Origin: Eledone cirrhosa
Taxonomy: Eukaryota
Direction: 5' to 3'
Assembly: GCA_964016885.1 (NCBI GenBank)
Contig: OZ024741.1
Span: 37,634,001-37,698,000 of the forward strand
Length of the DNA stretch: 64,000 bases
Position 1 is the first letter of the stretch. Every line of letters begins with the position of its first letter. The position numbers and the translations under genes are program-made. Shown piece by piece: positions 12,226 through 39,810 of this stretch. The notes under the pieces are model-generated. The model saw nothing but the letters and a program-made list of their open reading frames with translations. It had not been told where the DNA came from and ran no database searches.

Positions 12226-12324
12226 TTCTACCTGGAGTTGCGACCGATAGATAGTATTAGCAATTGGAAAGACCAACGGAAACATTGTTCCCTCGGCCCG
12301 ATTTGACGAAAGTTGATCGTTCCT

Positions 12325-12357
<33 letters not shown>

Positions 12358-12358
12358 G

Positions 12359-12405
<47 letters not shown>

Positions 12406-12641
12406 GTGTATATATATATAGCAATAATAATAAATTTGAAGACTAAAATCCAGGGAACGTTTCCCCGAACCTAAGTATCGTCTTCCTGTCTTCCTTTGGT
12501 TGCAACGTTTTTTGAAATATTTACTTCTGCGTTCACAGATTGACTTTTTTAGTGTCAGAAGATCTCGTTAAGAGTGAAAGCAGTGATTCTTTGCTTAAAC
12601 TTTAATCTGTTAATTTAATAAATGTATATATATATATATAT

Positions 12642-12728
12642 ATAGGAAAAGGTTCAGGACCCTGACGGCAGAGCTCAAGCCGTTTCGACAGCTATTTCTG
12701 GAGTTCGGGGTCCTGAACCTTTTCCTAT
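12642..12728 (-). other. 21-bp perfect inverted repeat enclosing a degenerate hammerhead-like motif
   Basis: 12642-12662 pairs with 12708-12728; the minus-strand interior has GAAAC-GGC..GCC-GUC, but CUGANGA reads CCGAACU. Confidence 0.55.
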
Positions 12729-12812
12729 TACCCACTCTACTATCCAAAGTATCGAGGATTCTGGTGCATTATGGGCTACCTGGTTCCTACCACACTGCCT
12801 TCATTATATATA

Positions 12813-13497
12813 TGTATAAAGTTCTAGTTTGTAGAAAGGAATATAGCGCACAGGTGCCGTCAAGGAAATTGCCATGCTCAGTGTGTAGAAAAGGAGCAGG
12901 CAGAAATTACATTTTATGTCCCAAATGCAAATTATGGGTACATAAAAGATGTAGTGGGATCACAGGTAAACTATCTCAGAACGTAGACTTTATATATGGC
13001 CAATGCTCAGGTGCAATAAGTAACAAGTGCCCACAGGATTTAGATCTTTGGCGCTACGCAGCAATACAGAAGACCTGCCTTGCCTATGTACAAAGCGAAA
13101 CCTACAGTCAGTAGACACCTCTTAACCAAATATACACCCTAATCCACTACCCCTACCCTATCCTCCCACTCCCACCAACACCACCCTCTCTCTGTAAAGT
13201 TGGTACCACAACATCCAGTCCAAATAAATGAGATTGAGATCGTGTAGGTCTCACGACAAAAAAACACACAGTCCACGCTGTAATGTGGCCATGTAGGTAA
13301 CACGGTAAAAAGTTCCCAGTTCCACACTGTAAATGTGGTTGGTGTTAGGAAGGGCATCCAGCCGTAGAAAACCTGCCAGATAGTCCTATATGAGCGAGAC
13401 ATGGTCACCCGACCAACCTTGCCTCAAGTTGGCACAACTCCCGTCTAACCCATGCTAGCGTTGGAAGATGGACGTTAAACGATGATGATGATGATGA
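12813..13497 (+). mobile_element. Internally deleted RTE (subfamily 2): PHD-like region joined to the 3' end
   Basis: KVLVCRK..PCSVCRKG..CPKCKLWVHKRCSG, then DLWRYA and the 3' UTR with (GAT)n. Confidence 0.85.
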
Positions 13498-13523
13498 TAT
13501 ATATACACACACACACATATATA

Positions 13524-13573
<50 letters not shown>

Positions 13574-14234
13574 TATATATATACATACATATATATATAC
13601 ATATATACATATATACATATATATCTATATGTATATATATATATATGCACAAATGTAAGAAAACGGGAACTTTCCCTTCCCTTCTCACAGTGTTGCTATT
13701 ATCACTAAGATCCTTTCTCCCCACTAATCTATTCATTATTGAGTTATGATTTGTAAATAAATCTTCCTAACATTACAACGTTGCTGCCACTGTTAGCACA
13801 ATTTTGCTCTGATGTAACATATAATCCTATTGTACTGAAATACAATACAGTTATCTCATGTGTTATTTATTTAGTTTTTATTTTCCTATCTATCTTATGT
13901 CCATATTTATATTCAACATATAGAAATCTGTTCTTTGATCAGTCCTGGTTTAATAACAATTTAATTGTTTGTTTTATGGATTATAAAAATAAGCAAGATA
14001 TTTGTTTCAAAAGAATTGTAATGATTGATATGAAAGCTCACTACTCTGGTTATATAATAAAAAGAAACCTGAAATATAGATTAGATTCTGAATTTCAGTT
14101 TAAAATCAATGATGAAAAAGGAAAGCTAAAAATATCCAATTTGTAATGGAATGATGAAAAATGTGTTTACAATTACTGTAGGGGTGGTCACCCACTAGAA
14201 CAATCCCCATGAGTTGAACTGACTCTTTCAACAC

Positions 14235-14310
<76 letters not shown>

Positions 14311-14313
14311 TAT

Positions 14314-14355
<42 letters not shown>

Positions 14356-15169
14356 TATATATATATATTTATTATTACTATATATATATCTTGATACCAT
14401 CTGGAGTAATGCATTCAGTATTCTGTCTGCCAGGACTATGAAGCAAACAACACTGAAGGTTTGGATTTACTTCATGTAAAATGTAGCCATTTTTAAATAG
14501 TATTACTTAGATAATGCTCTACTTGTACAAAATATCTGTTTAAAAATATAAATACATATTTTCTGTTCACTCTAAGTTTATGTATCACTAATGTAAAATT
14601 CAATACATTTGGGTGACAAAAATAAATTGAATTAATTTGTTAAAGGTTGCTATTTTTAGAGTCAGTATAAGAAGGGAAATATTTTGCAATGGAACCTTAT
14701 ACCTACAAAATACAAAATCAAAATCGTATGTGAAAATAAATATATAACAACAAACGTTTTAAAGCCATTTTCTCTGCTAAAACGAGTTAACCATGTGGGC
14801 TCCATAACAGGCTTATTCATACTCATCATGGCAATGTTTTATGATAGGATGTTCTTCTTGGTGCTAACCCTTTTAGTGACCTCATGATATACAAGGATAT
14901 AGTATAACTATTCTAAACTGAACACACACAGTAATGTATGTGAACATAGTAAGGTGTGTGAAAATAGGTATATGTAGGGTTATAAAAGTATTTTAGACAA
15001 CCTGTAGGTATAAGTGCCACATTATCACTCATAGATGCATTCTTATATCTAGCCCACAGACATGTTGTTTCTTCCTTCTGCCTCTACTACAATGGTCTCT
15101 TCTCCTTGTAGTTGGCTGGTGTCATGCTACATCTGGTCATGCACTCCAGACACATTAGTAGTCTGTCCA

Positions 15170-15325
15170 GCCACCAGTCCCAACATAAACCACCAGTACT
15201 TTATTTATTGACTCTAAAAGGATGAAAAATAAACTTCAGCTAGATTTTAACTCAAAGTGTAGAAAGCCAGAACAAAATACTACAAAACATCTACTCCAAT
15301 ACTCTAATGACTGTCAATTCACCAC
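15170..15325 (-). mobile_element. Degenerate SINE, family B
   Basis: CCAGTACTTTATTTATTGAC..AAAGGATGAAA.. is the reverse complement of the family B core. Confidence 0.55.
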
Positions 15326-15361
15326 CTACAAAGTTAAATCCCTTCTTCTGTACAGAATTAG

Positions 15362-15612
15362 TTAACCCTTTATAATGAAATAAACTGTCTATGATTTTCA
15401 ATTAATTTGAAAATAATCAAATTAATCAAATATTTTGAGAGATTTAATCAAATAACTAACTCTTGTGTTAGTAAGCTGATATTTAGAAAATTACTTAAAC
15501 ATTTAAAATTATGATGGAAGGGTTTAATATAAGTAAAAGCATTTTAAAATGGTCAATTTTGTATCATAAAATGCAGGACAATTTCCGCTGGTTTAATATC
15601 AAAAAGGTTAAT
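15362..15612 (+). mobile_element. TTAA/CCCTTT MITE
   Basis: TTAACCCTTT...TATCAAAAAGGTTAA termini; interior similar to 3972-4177. Confidence 0.7.
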
Positions 15613-16039
15613 CCACATTCTGTGCAGTGTGCTGCTACATAATTATTATATCTATTCCTCCTATTGGACATAAGCTTGCTTGCACACATGCCAACAAACA
15701 CTCCTCAAATTCTATACAGCCAACTATCCAAAAAATGTTTCATTTTAAGTAACTTCCTTCCTCTAAATTCTTAAGAGCTCTTATTCTTTTAGATCTGCCC
15801 AATGTCTTCTGAATGAATAACTGTTAATATACCATGCTGGTTTCTGTTTGTCACTATAACATTTTTTTCTTATGCTGTGAATGTTGCATTTTTTTTACTT
15901 TGCACTACATTTTTTCTTCTTGTTTATGAGTTTGTGAAATAAATTTTAACAAGAATTGGCCAAAAGAATTTAGTCTGATTCTTTTAGATCTACTTTTGAA
16001 CTGTAGCCAATGTGAAAATGTGAGACAATAAAATAAAAA

Positions 16040-16805
16040 CTTTGGTAAGTTGACCAATGCTAGTTAATGAAATTGGTAGAAGGAAACTGTTGAAGCTTGC
16101 CATGTGTGTGTGTGTGTGCCTGTGTTTACATCTTGTGTTTGTTTATGTCCTGTAACTTAGCGCTTTGACAAAAACAATTGATAAAATAAGTAGCAGACTT
16201 GAAAAAAATGATTGAGTTTAATATGATCTACTTAAATCCTTTGAAGGTGATGCCCTAAAAAGGTAAGTAGTCTAATGACTAAAACCAGTAAAAGATTGAG
16301 AGAATAAAGTTATATTTTGATGACTTGAGGAAGGAAGAATGGTAAAGACTAATGTGCTTGAATAATACCTTGAATTACTCTTGCAGTCTTCTTAATGTTT
16401 GCTAAACACTTCAGTAGATTTGGATTTGGTTTATTCTATCTTTAGTCTTGACAGTCATAGGAATGGCTTTCTGGTTAAGGAGTTTACTTTGCAACCACAT
16501 AGTTTCAGGTTCAGCTCCTCTACAAGTGTCTTCTGCTATAGTGTAAATTTGACCAATGCCATGAGAGAGAAATTTGGTAGGTAGAAACTGCGTGGAAGCC
16601 TGTCATACATGTGTTGTTTGTGAGTTTGTGGGTCTTCATGCCTGTGTTTTCGTTTGTGTCTGTGTTTATGTCTTGTAACTTAGCAGTCCAACAAAAAGGG
16701 ATTGATAAAATGAAGTGCTAGACTTGAAAAAATAAGTACAAGGTTATTACTCCAGCATGGCCACTGTCTCATGGTTGTAAACAATAAAAGAGTAAAAGAA
16801 CAAGA
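16040..16805 (+). mobile_element. Two degenerate tRNA-derived SINEs, family C (16040-16300 partial; 16455-16805), with a CR1-like 3' tail
   Basis: AGGAATGGCTTTCTGGTTAAG..CAAGTGTCTTCTGCTATAG..ATTTGGTAG..AAACTG..GAAGCCTGTC; ends CCAGCATGGCC..TAAAAGAGTAAAAGAA. Confidence 0.7.
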
Positions 16806-17379
16806 ATAGTAACTACATTATAGTAATAACGAAGATAGCTGTTATTTTTAGTGTTTTAAGTATTTCTTAGACTGCGTCTTTACAAATTTAATTCACCTGA
16901 AATGCTAAAAAAACTATTTTAGTTGATTTATTTACTTTATTTATTATTATTTTTCTATTATTTCTCTTCAGAATCTGTGAAGTTCCAATCTTTATTTATT
17001 TATTTATTTATTTATTTATATATATATGTTATGACGTTATTATTGTTTAAGATGTAGAGTTGGCACAGACAGCAATTAGTCAGACTAAAGGCTTTATAGT
17101 GTCTTTTTTTTTGTTTATTCCAGATTCGTAGTTGAAATTCTGCTTTTTATTTTATTATTTATCCTTCTTTTCAGTAATTAAGTGAAATCAACTCAAAACT
17201 CCTTGTTCAAAGAGACAAAAATTGTTGTTATCACCCTTATAACCATTGTCTCATTATCATTATAAACTTTCTTAGCTTCATTTTCTCCTTATCTTTTTAT
17301 CACCATGATAACTTCAATGAGTACAATGTCTATTGTGTCTGTTGCATGTGTGAAGATGTGCCATGATTTATGGGGGGAG

Positions 17380-18060
<681 letters not shown>

Positions 18061-18424
18061 AGAGAAGTTTGTCATGAGGTCTGCAAAGGTAACACCTGCA
18101 TTAACAGGGAAATGGCCTTAAAATGCTTATCGTATAATGTCATATACTGTCTAACCCATGCTAGCGTGGAAGAATGGACATAAAACGGTGATGATGATGA
18201 TGACCTGTCTAATATTATCACATTATTGATGATAGATTCTTGGCTGATTTTGACAATGAGCATTCCAATTACTTGATAAATTGAACATTAAGCTCATGAA
18301 TTAATATGTAAGTGGTTGAGTACTCCACAGGTACCCATAATGTAATCCTCAAACTGAAAATAATATATGAGCAAGGTGTAGTCATCTGAACCTTTTCTTA
18401 AGTTATGGTCAAAACATTGGCATA

Positions 18425-18630
18425 ATAATTCTTTCTAACATTGGCACAAAGCCAGCAATTTGGGAGAAGGGGAAAGTCGATTACATCAACCTCAGTACTT
18501 AACTGGTACTTTATATTATTGACCACAGAAGGATGAAAGGCAAAGTTGACCTTAGGGGAATTTGAACTCAGACCATAAAGAACAAGAAGAAATAGCACAA
18601 AGGTTCTACTGATTCTGTCAATCCACTGAC
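18425..18630 (-). mobile_element. SINE, family B
   Basis: GGATGAAAGGCAAAGTTGACC..ATTTGAACTCAGA on + is the reverse complement of the family B core. Confidence 0.75.
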
Positions 18631-19218
18631 CTCATGCTGGCTTAATAATGAAAGGGTTAGTTATATTACAAAATTCCTTTGAATCTTTGTTTATTTTCAA
18701 AATAAATTTAAACACTTTGGTTGTTTCATTAGAAATGTGGTAACAAAACAGTTAATTCATTGCTCATTGATATTGTACCAAAGAAATGATCCTGAAGTTT
18801 AAATAAATATTTAATATTTATATTTTATAATAAAATGTTATATCTTGTGTTTTGTTGATTAGGTCACATTATTTTGCCTTCAGATTTAACATTTTTGTTA
18901 CCATATTTCTAATGGAAACTTTTCATTATCTGATATTTGTAATATTACCTAACCAAAATTTCTCACATAAAATTATGTTGGAACGTTTTAACTATTTTGT
19001 AATTGTAGCTCTAATGAAATACATTCTATTTCAATTAATTAATGAAGAATTTTGAGGGATTTACTAGATTTTTATTAATTACTAGTATAAACCTGCCACT
19101 ATGCTGCTATGCACATAATCTCTCTATCTTTCATATACTCTCCCCGCCCCTCTCTCTCTCTCTCTATCTCTCTCTCTCTGACACAAACACAATATTTCTT
19201 TCTTAACAGCAGCAGTTG

Positions 19219-19418
19219 NNNNNNNNNNNNNNNNNNNNNNNNNNNNNNNNNNNNNNNNNNNNNNNNNNNNNNNNNNNNNNNNNNNNNNNNNNNNNNNNNN
19301 NNNNNNNNNNNNNNNNNNNNNNNNNNNNNNNNNNNNNNNNNNNNNNNNNNNNNNNNNNNNNNNNNNNNNNNNNNNNNNNNNNNNNNNNNNNNNNNNNNNN
19401 NNNNNNNNNNNNNNNNNN
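19219..19418. other. Assembly gap (200 N)
   Basis: Run of N; the round length suggests a scaffolding placeholder of unknown true size. Confidence 0.99.
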
Positions 19419-19599
19419 TACAATTCTATTGGTTGCTTTCAATTTGTGTTCCGGTAACAGAATAATATATGTATATGCATTAATAAAGACATTATTTATT
19501 TATTTACTTTTAATTTTATCTCGGAATTCTAACAGGCAACCCAAAACCTTCTGCGTTTTTACTGTTGAAAATCCTCCCCTTCTCTCTGTTTCTCTCTCT

Positions 19600-25640
<6,041 letters not shown>

Positions 25641-25644
25641 AAAA

Positions 25645-27253
25645 TACTGTCAAGCGGGCCTTAGCAACTCCACTGAAGATGCTCTTCAGAAGCTCCTTGG
25701 CTAGCGCGTGTACTACCAGGGAGCTGAAAAGAAGGAACAATATGCCCTATCCATAAAGGAGGTAGTAGAGCGGAGGCCCAAGAACTATAGGCCAGTACTT
25801 CCTGATGTCGCATATCCGTAAGGTCATGGAGCGCAGTCGCTCAGAAAGAAGCTAATCACTTTCCTCAAAGAAAATGCACCGCCTGACTAGCACGCCACCA
25901 TGGCTTCCGCCCAGGAAGAAGCTTCTTCTACACACGCTGCTACACTCACTACGACTGGGTACTGAGACAACTACTAGACAGCTCCCATGTAGATGTGATA
26001 TATCTTGACTTTGCGAAGGCCTTTGACAAGGTCGACCACGGAATGATATGTCACAAACTACACGGACTCGGCATAACCTGGAAAAGTAGGTGAGTGGCTG
26101 CATGGCTTCCTAAGGGACAGAAGCCAGGCAGTCGCAGCAAATGGGGCCCTCTCAAGGGAAACACCGATAACAAGTGGGGTGCCTCAGAGGACAGTCCTGG
26201 GACCACTACTGTTTTTGGTGGCTCTCTCGGACATGCCCTCAGTGGTGCATGCAACAACATCCCTCACTAGTTATGCTGATGACACTAAGATAGCACAGGC
26301 AATCAAAAACCCGGCTGACGCTGCCCTCTTACAGCAGATCTGGATGCCATATACAGATGGGCGGAAGAAAACAACATGCAGTTTAATGCTGGCAAATTCC
26401 AAGCCCTACAATACAAACCTGCAAACACAAACACAAATATAGCGCAACACAGCTACACAGGACCAGGAGGGACCGATATCCCCATGTCAAAATCGATACG
26501 AGACCTGGAATAGACATGAGCGATGATGCATCTTTTTCTTCACACATCATGAAGGTGGCGACAGCATGTAGACGATTCGCTGGCTGGATCTTGAGGACTT
26601 TTCCTTACAAGAGATCCAGACACCATGTTGACACTGTGGAGGACTTCTGTCCTAAGCCGCCTGGACTACTGCTCCCAGCTGTGGTCACCCCATAGTGTCA
26701 AACTAACCACGGAGCTTGAGGCAATCCAGCGAAGCTACACCAAGAGGATTGCCAAGATGAGGGAGACAAGCTACTGGGAGAGGCTGAAGGAACTGAACCT
26801 CTACTCCTTGGAGCGAAGACGGGGAGAGATACGCAGTGATCTACATGTGGAAAATCCTGGAGGGACTAGCACCAAACTTTGGCATTGGGAGCTGGACCAA
26901 CCGTCGAACAGGACGTCACTGTGTGGTGCCAAAGGTCCCGTCTTCCACATCTAGAATAAGGAGCAGGTATTGCAATAGCCTGGGATTCAAGGACCCTCAA
27001 CTCTTCAACAGGCTGCCGAGGCATCTGAGAGACTTGCATGACGGGAGGTGGATGTCTTTAAGAAACATCTCGACACCTTGTTATCCAGGATCCCGGATGA
27101 GCCCACAGCAAGACACGAGGGAAACCTAAGGGCAGCAGCAACAAACTCCCTCCTACACCAGTGGCCAACCTATACAGGCTGGAGATAAAATGTGTAGCAA
27201 CAAGGGCGGTGCCCAGCATGGCCTCAGCCGGATGGCTGAAACAGGTAAAAGAG
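25645..27253 (+). mobile_element. 5'-truncated CR1/L2-group LINE; RT pseudogene with many frameshifts
   Basis: PIHKGG..KNYRPV, HGFR, IYLDFAKAFDKVDH, SGVPQ.TVLGPLLF, YADDTK, RLDYCSQLWSP, YWERLKELNLYSLERRR; 3' end CCCAGCATGGCC..GGCTGAAACAGGTAAAAGAG. Confidence 0.9.
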
Positions 27254-27436
27254 TATATATGTATATATATGTATATGTAATATGTATATATATGTAATAT
27301 ATATGTATATGTATATATATATGTATATATATGTATATGTATATATATGTATATGTATATATATGTATATATATGTATATATATATATGTATATATATGT
27401 ATATATATATATGTATATATATATGTATATATGTAT

Positions 27437-27469
<33 letters not shown>

Positions 27470-27496
27470 GTATATATGTATATATATTTATATATG

Positions 27497-27532
<36 letters not shown>

Positions 27533-27680
27533 TATGTATATGTATATATGTATATATATATGTATATATGTATATATATATATGTATATATATATATGTA
27601 TATATGTATATATGTATATGTATATATGTATATGTATATATGTATATATATATATGTATATATATATATATGTATATATG

Positions 27681-27745
<65 letters not shown>

Positions 27746-27806
27746 GTATATATATATATGTATATATGTATATATATATATATGTATATATATATATGTA
27801 TATATG

Positions 27807-27840
<34 letters not shown>

Positions 27841-28129
27841 ATGTATATGTATATATATTATGTATATGTATATATTTATATATATTTATATGTATATATA
27901 TGTATATATGTATATATGTATATATATATATGTATATATATGTATATATGTATATATGTATATATATATATATGTATATATGTATATATATGTATATATG
28001 TATATATATGTATATATGTATATATATGTATATATGTATATTTATGTATATATGTATATTATATGTATATATATATATGTATATATATATATATGTATAT
28101 ATATAAGTATATATGTATATATATATATG

Positions 28130-28160
<31 letters not shown>

Positions 28161-28203
28161 GTATATATATATATGTATATATGTATATATATATGTATAT
28201 ATG

Positions 28204-28234
<31 letters not shown>

Positions 28235-28291
28235 GTATATATATATGTGTATATATATATATGTATATATATATATATGTATATATATATA
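27254..28291. repeat. (TA)n/(TATG)n field
   Basis: Read directly from sequence. Confidence 0.97.
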
Positions 28292-28507
28292 TTTCGTTTC
28301 TGAATTTGTTTAGCAAGATTCTTTATCTGAAATCGTGTGTTGAAACCGATATTGTTATACTTTGGGAGGGTCATGTTGCCAATAAGAAACACACGCACCA
28401 GTTGCTTTCACTTCAATTTAATTTAATATATATTTATAAATTTACAAATTTATAAATTTCTGGTTGGTTGGTTGGTTCCACAACCAGATAGTTGTTTATA
28501 TATATAT

Positions 28508-28552
28508 AGTCATAGTTCTTTCGTCACACACTCTGTGACCTCTTCAGTGACT
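28508..28552 (-). ncRNA. Type I minimal hammerhead ribozyme motif (mirror copy)
   Basis: Exact reverse complement of 28666-28710. Confidence 0.75.
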
Positions 28553-28665
28553 GGGGATTTCTTTCTTCGTTTCTGTGCCTTTCCTTTCTTCTATCCTACG
28601 CCATTTTCAGAAAATGGCGTAGGATAGAAGAAAGGAAAGGCACAGAAACGAAGAAAGAAATCCCC

Positions 28666-28710
28666 AGTCACTGAAGAGGTCACAGAGTGTGTGACGAAAG
28701 AACTATGACT
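28666..28710 (+). ncRNA. Type I minimal hammerhead ribozyme motif
   Basis: AGUCA-CUGAAGA-G-GUCACA(GAGUG)UGUGAC-GAAA-G(AA)C-UA-UGACU: stem I AGUCA/UGACU, 6-bp stem II, minimal stem III, CUA triplet. Confidence 0.75.
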
Positions 28711-28869
28711 ATATATATATAAACAACTATCTGGTTGTGGAACCAACCAACCAACCAGAAATTTATAAATTTGTAAATTTATAAATATATATTAAATTAA
28801 ATTGAAGTGAAAGCAACTGGTGCGTGTGTTTCTTATTGGCAACATGACCCTCCCAAAGTATAACAATAT

Positions 28870-36330
<7,461 letters not shown>

Positions 36331-37120
36331 TTTAGGGAACTACAACCACGGCTACCTGCAAAAGGCTTCTCTTTCAGAATGAAATGCAGACTGTATGATG
36401 CGTGTATCCGAACAGCGATGTTGCATGGTAGTGAGACCTGGGCGCTGAAGGTGGAAGACTTACGTAGATTAGAGAGAAACGAAGCCTGCATGCTCCGATG
36501 GATGTGTAACAGTAATATATGTGAACGACAAAGCATAAATGAATTGTGAGAGAGACTGAGCATAAGAGGAATCAGATGCTGTGTGCAGGAGAGGCGGCTG
36601 CGCTGGTATGGACATGTGATGCGTATGAAGGATGACAGCTGCATAAAAAGGTGCAGAGCACTAGAAGTTGATGGAAACCGCGGAGTGGGGAGATCCAAGA
36701 TGACCTGGGATGAGGTGATAAAAGCCGACCTTACCCAATTACACCTCTCAAAGGCAATGACACACGGCCGTGACTTCTGGCGTCATGCAGTAATACAGAG
36801 TACCCGACCTCCCATGGGTACAAGCTGAAGCATATAGACAATATGCCCCCACACCCCCCACCGCAAGGTGGTCGTGGAGGTGCCACGGCAAAAAATCACC
36901 CAGCCCACACTGTAAAGTGGACGTGTAGGTGCCACGAAAAAGCACCCAGCACTCACTGTAAATGAGGTTGGTGTTAGGAAGGGCATCCAGCTGTAGATAT
37001 CAAGCCAAAGTCAGTTCCTGTATGAGCAAGGCATGGTCAGCCGACCAGACACTGCACACAACAGGACAACCCGTCTAACCCATGCTAGCGTGGAAGAACG
37101 GACGTAAAACGATGATGATG
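36331..37120 (+). mobile_element. 5'-truncated RTE (C-terminus, full 3' UTR, (GAT)n)
   Basis: [38 protein letters not shown]; same family as 8165-11154. Confidence 0.93.
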
Positions 37121-37439
37121 ATATATATGTATATATGTATATGTATATATATGTATATATGTATATGTATATATGTATATGTATATATGTATATGTATAT
37201 ATATGTATATGTATATATATGTATATATATATATATGTATATATGTATATATATATATATGTATATATGTATATATATATATATGTATATATGTATATGT
37301 ATATATATGTATATGTATATATATGTGTATATGTATATGTATATATATGTATATATGTATATGTATATGTATATATATGTATATGTATATATGTATATAT
37401 GTATATATATATGTATATATATATATGTATGTATATATG

Positions 37440-37472
<33 letters not shown>

Positions 37473-37475
37473 GTG

Positions 37476-37522
<47 letters not shown>

Positions 37523-37613
37523 GTATATATATATGTATATATATATATATGTATATGTATATATGTATATGTATATGTATATATATATATATATGTATAT
37601 GTATATATATATG

Positions 37614-37644
<31 letters not shown>

Positions 37645-37646
37645 GT
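37121..37646. repeat. (TA)n/(TATG)n tract between two tail-to-tail RTE copies
   Basis: Read directly from sequence. Confidence 0.95.
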
Positions 37647-38138
37647 ATCATCATCATCATCAGGTTTAGCGTCCGTGTTCCACGCTTGCATGGGTTTGGA
37701 CGGGTGTTTTCCCACTTGAGGCAAGAGTGGTTGTCTTGCTTGCATAGGACTGTCTGGCAGGTTTTCTACAGTTGGATGCCCTTCCTAACACCAACCACAT
37801 TTACAGTGTGGGGCTGGGAGGTTTTTACCGTGTTGCCTACTGACTGTAGTAGGTTTTTACTTTGTATTTAGGTAAGGCGGGTCTTCTCTATTACTGAGTA
37901 CCGCCATAGGTCTCGGTCCAGTGACATTGTCTTGGAGAGGTGTAAGCGTGTGAGGTCGGAATTTATCAGCTCGTCCTATGTTTTTCTGGGTCTGCCTACT
38001 CCGTGGCTACCGTCTATCTTTATTGCCCTGCACTTTGTTATACAGCTGTCGTCTTTCATGCGCATCACGTGACCGTACCAACGTAGCCTTCTCTCGAGTA
38101 AACAACATCTGATCCCTCTTATTTCTAATTTTTTCCTT
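37647..38138 (-). mobile_element. RTE 3' fragment (subfamily 2)
   Basis: Minus strand encodes [24 protein letters not shown], followed by the UTR and (GAT)n. Confidence 0.88.
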
Positions 38139-38139
38139 A

Positions 38140-39810
<1,671 letters not shown>

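Larger units (their letters stand above)
28292..28869. mobile_element. Head-to-head perfect palindrome (260-bp arms, 1-nt centre at 28609) of a Penelope-like terminal-repeat fragment
   Basis: 28349-28608 is the reverse complement of 28610-28869; each arm has a hammerhead motif; the left arm extends 57 bp further. Confidence 0.8.

Noticed and set aside
28349-28869. Sequencing fold-back artefact as the explanation of the palindrome
   Set aside because: Mirroring stops after 260 bp and the flanking microsatellite polarity is not mirrored. Disfavoured, but read-level confirmation is needed.
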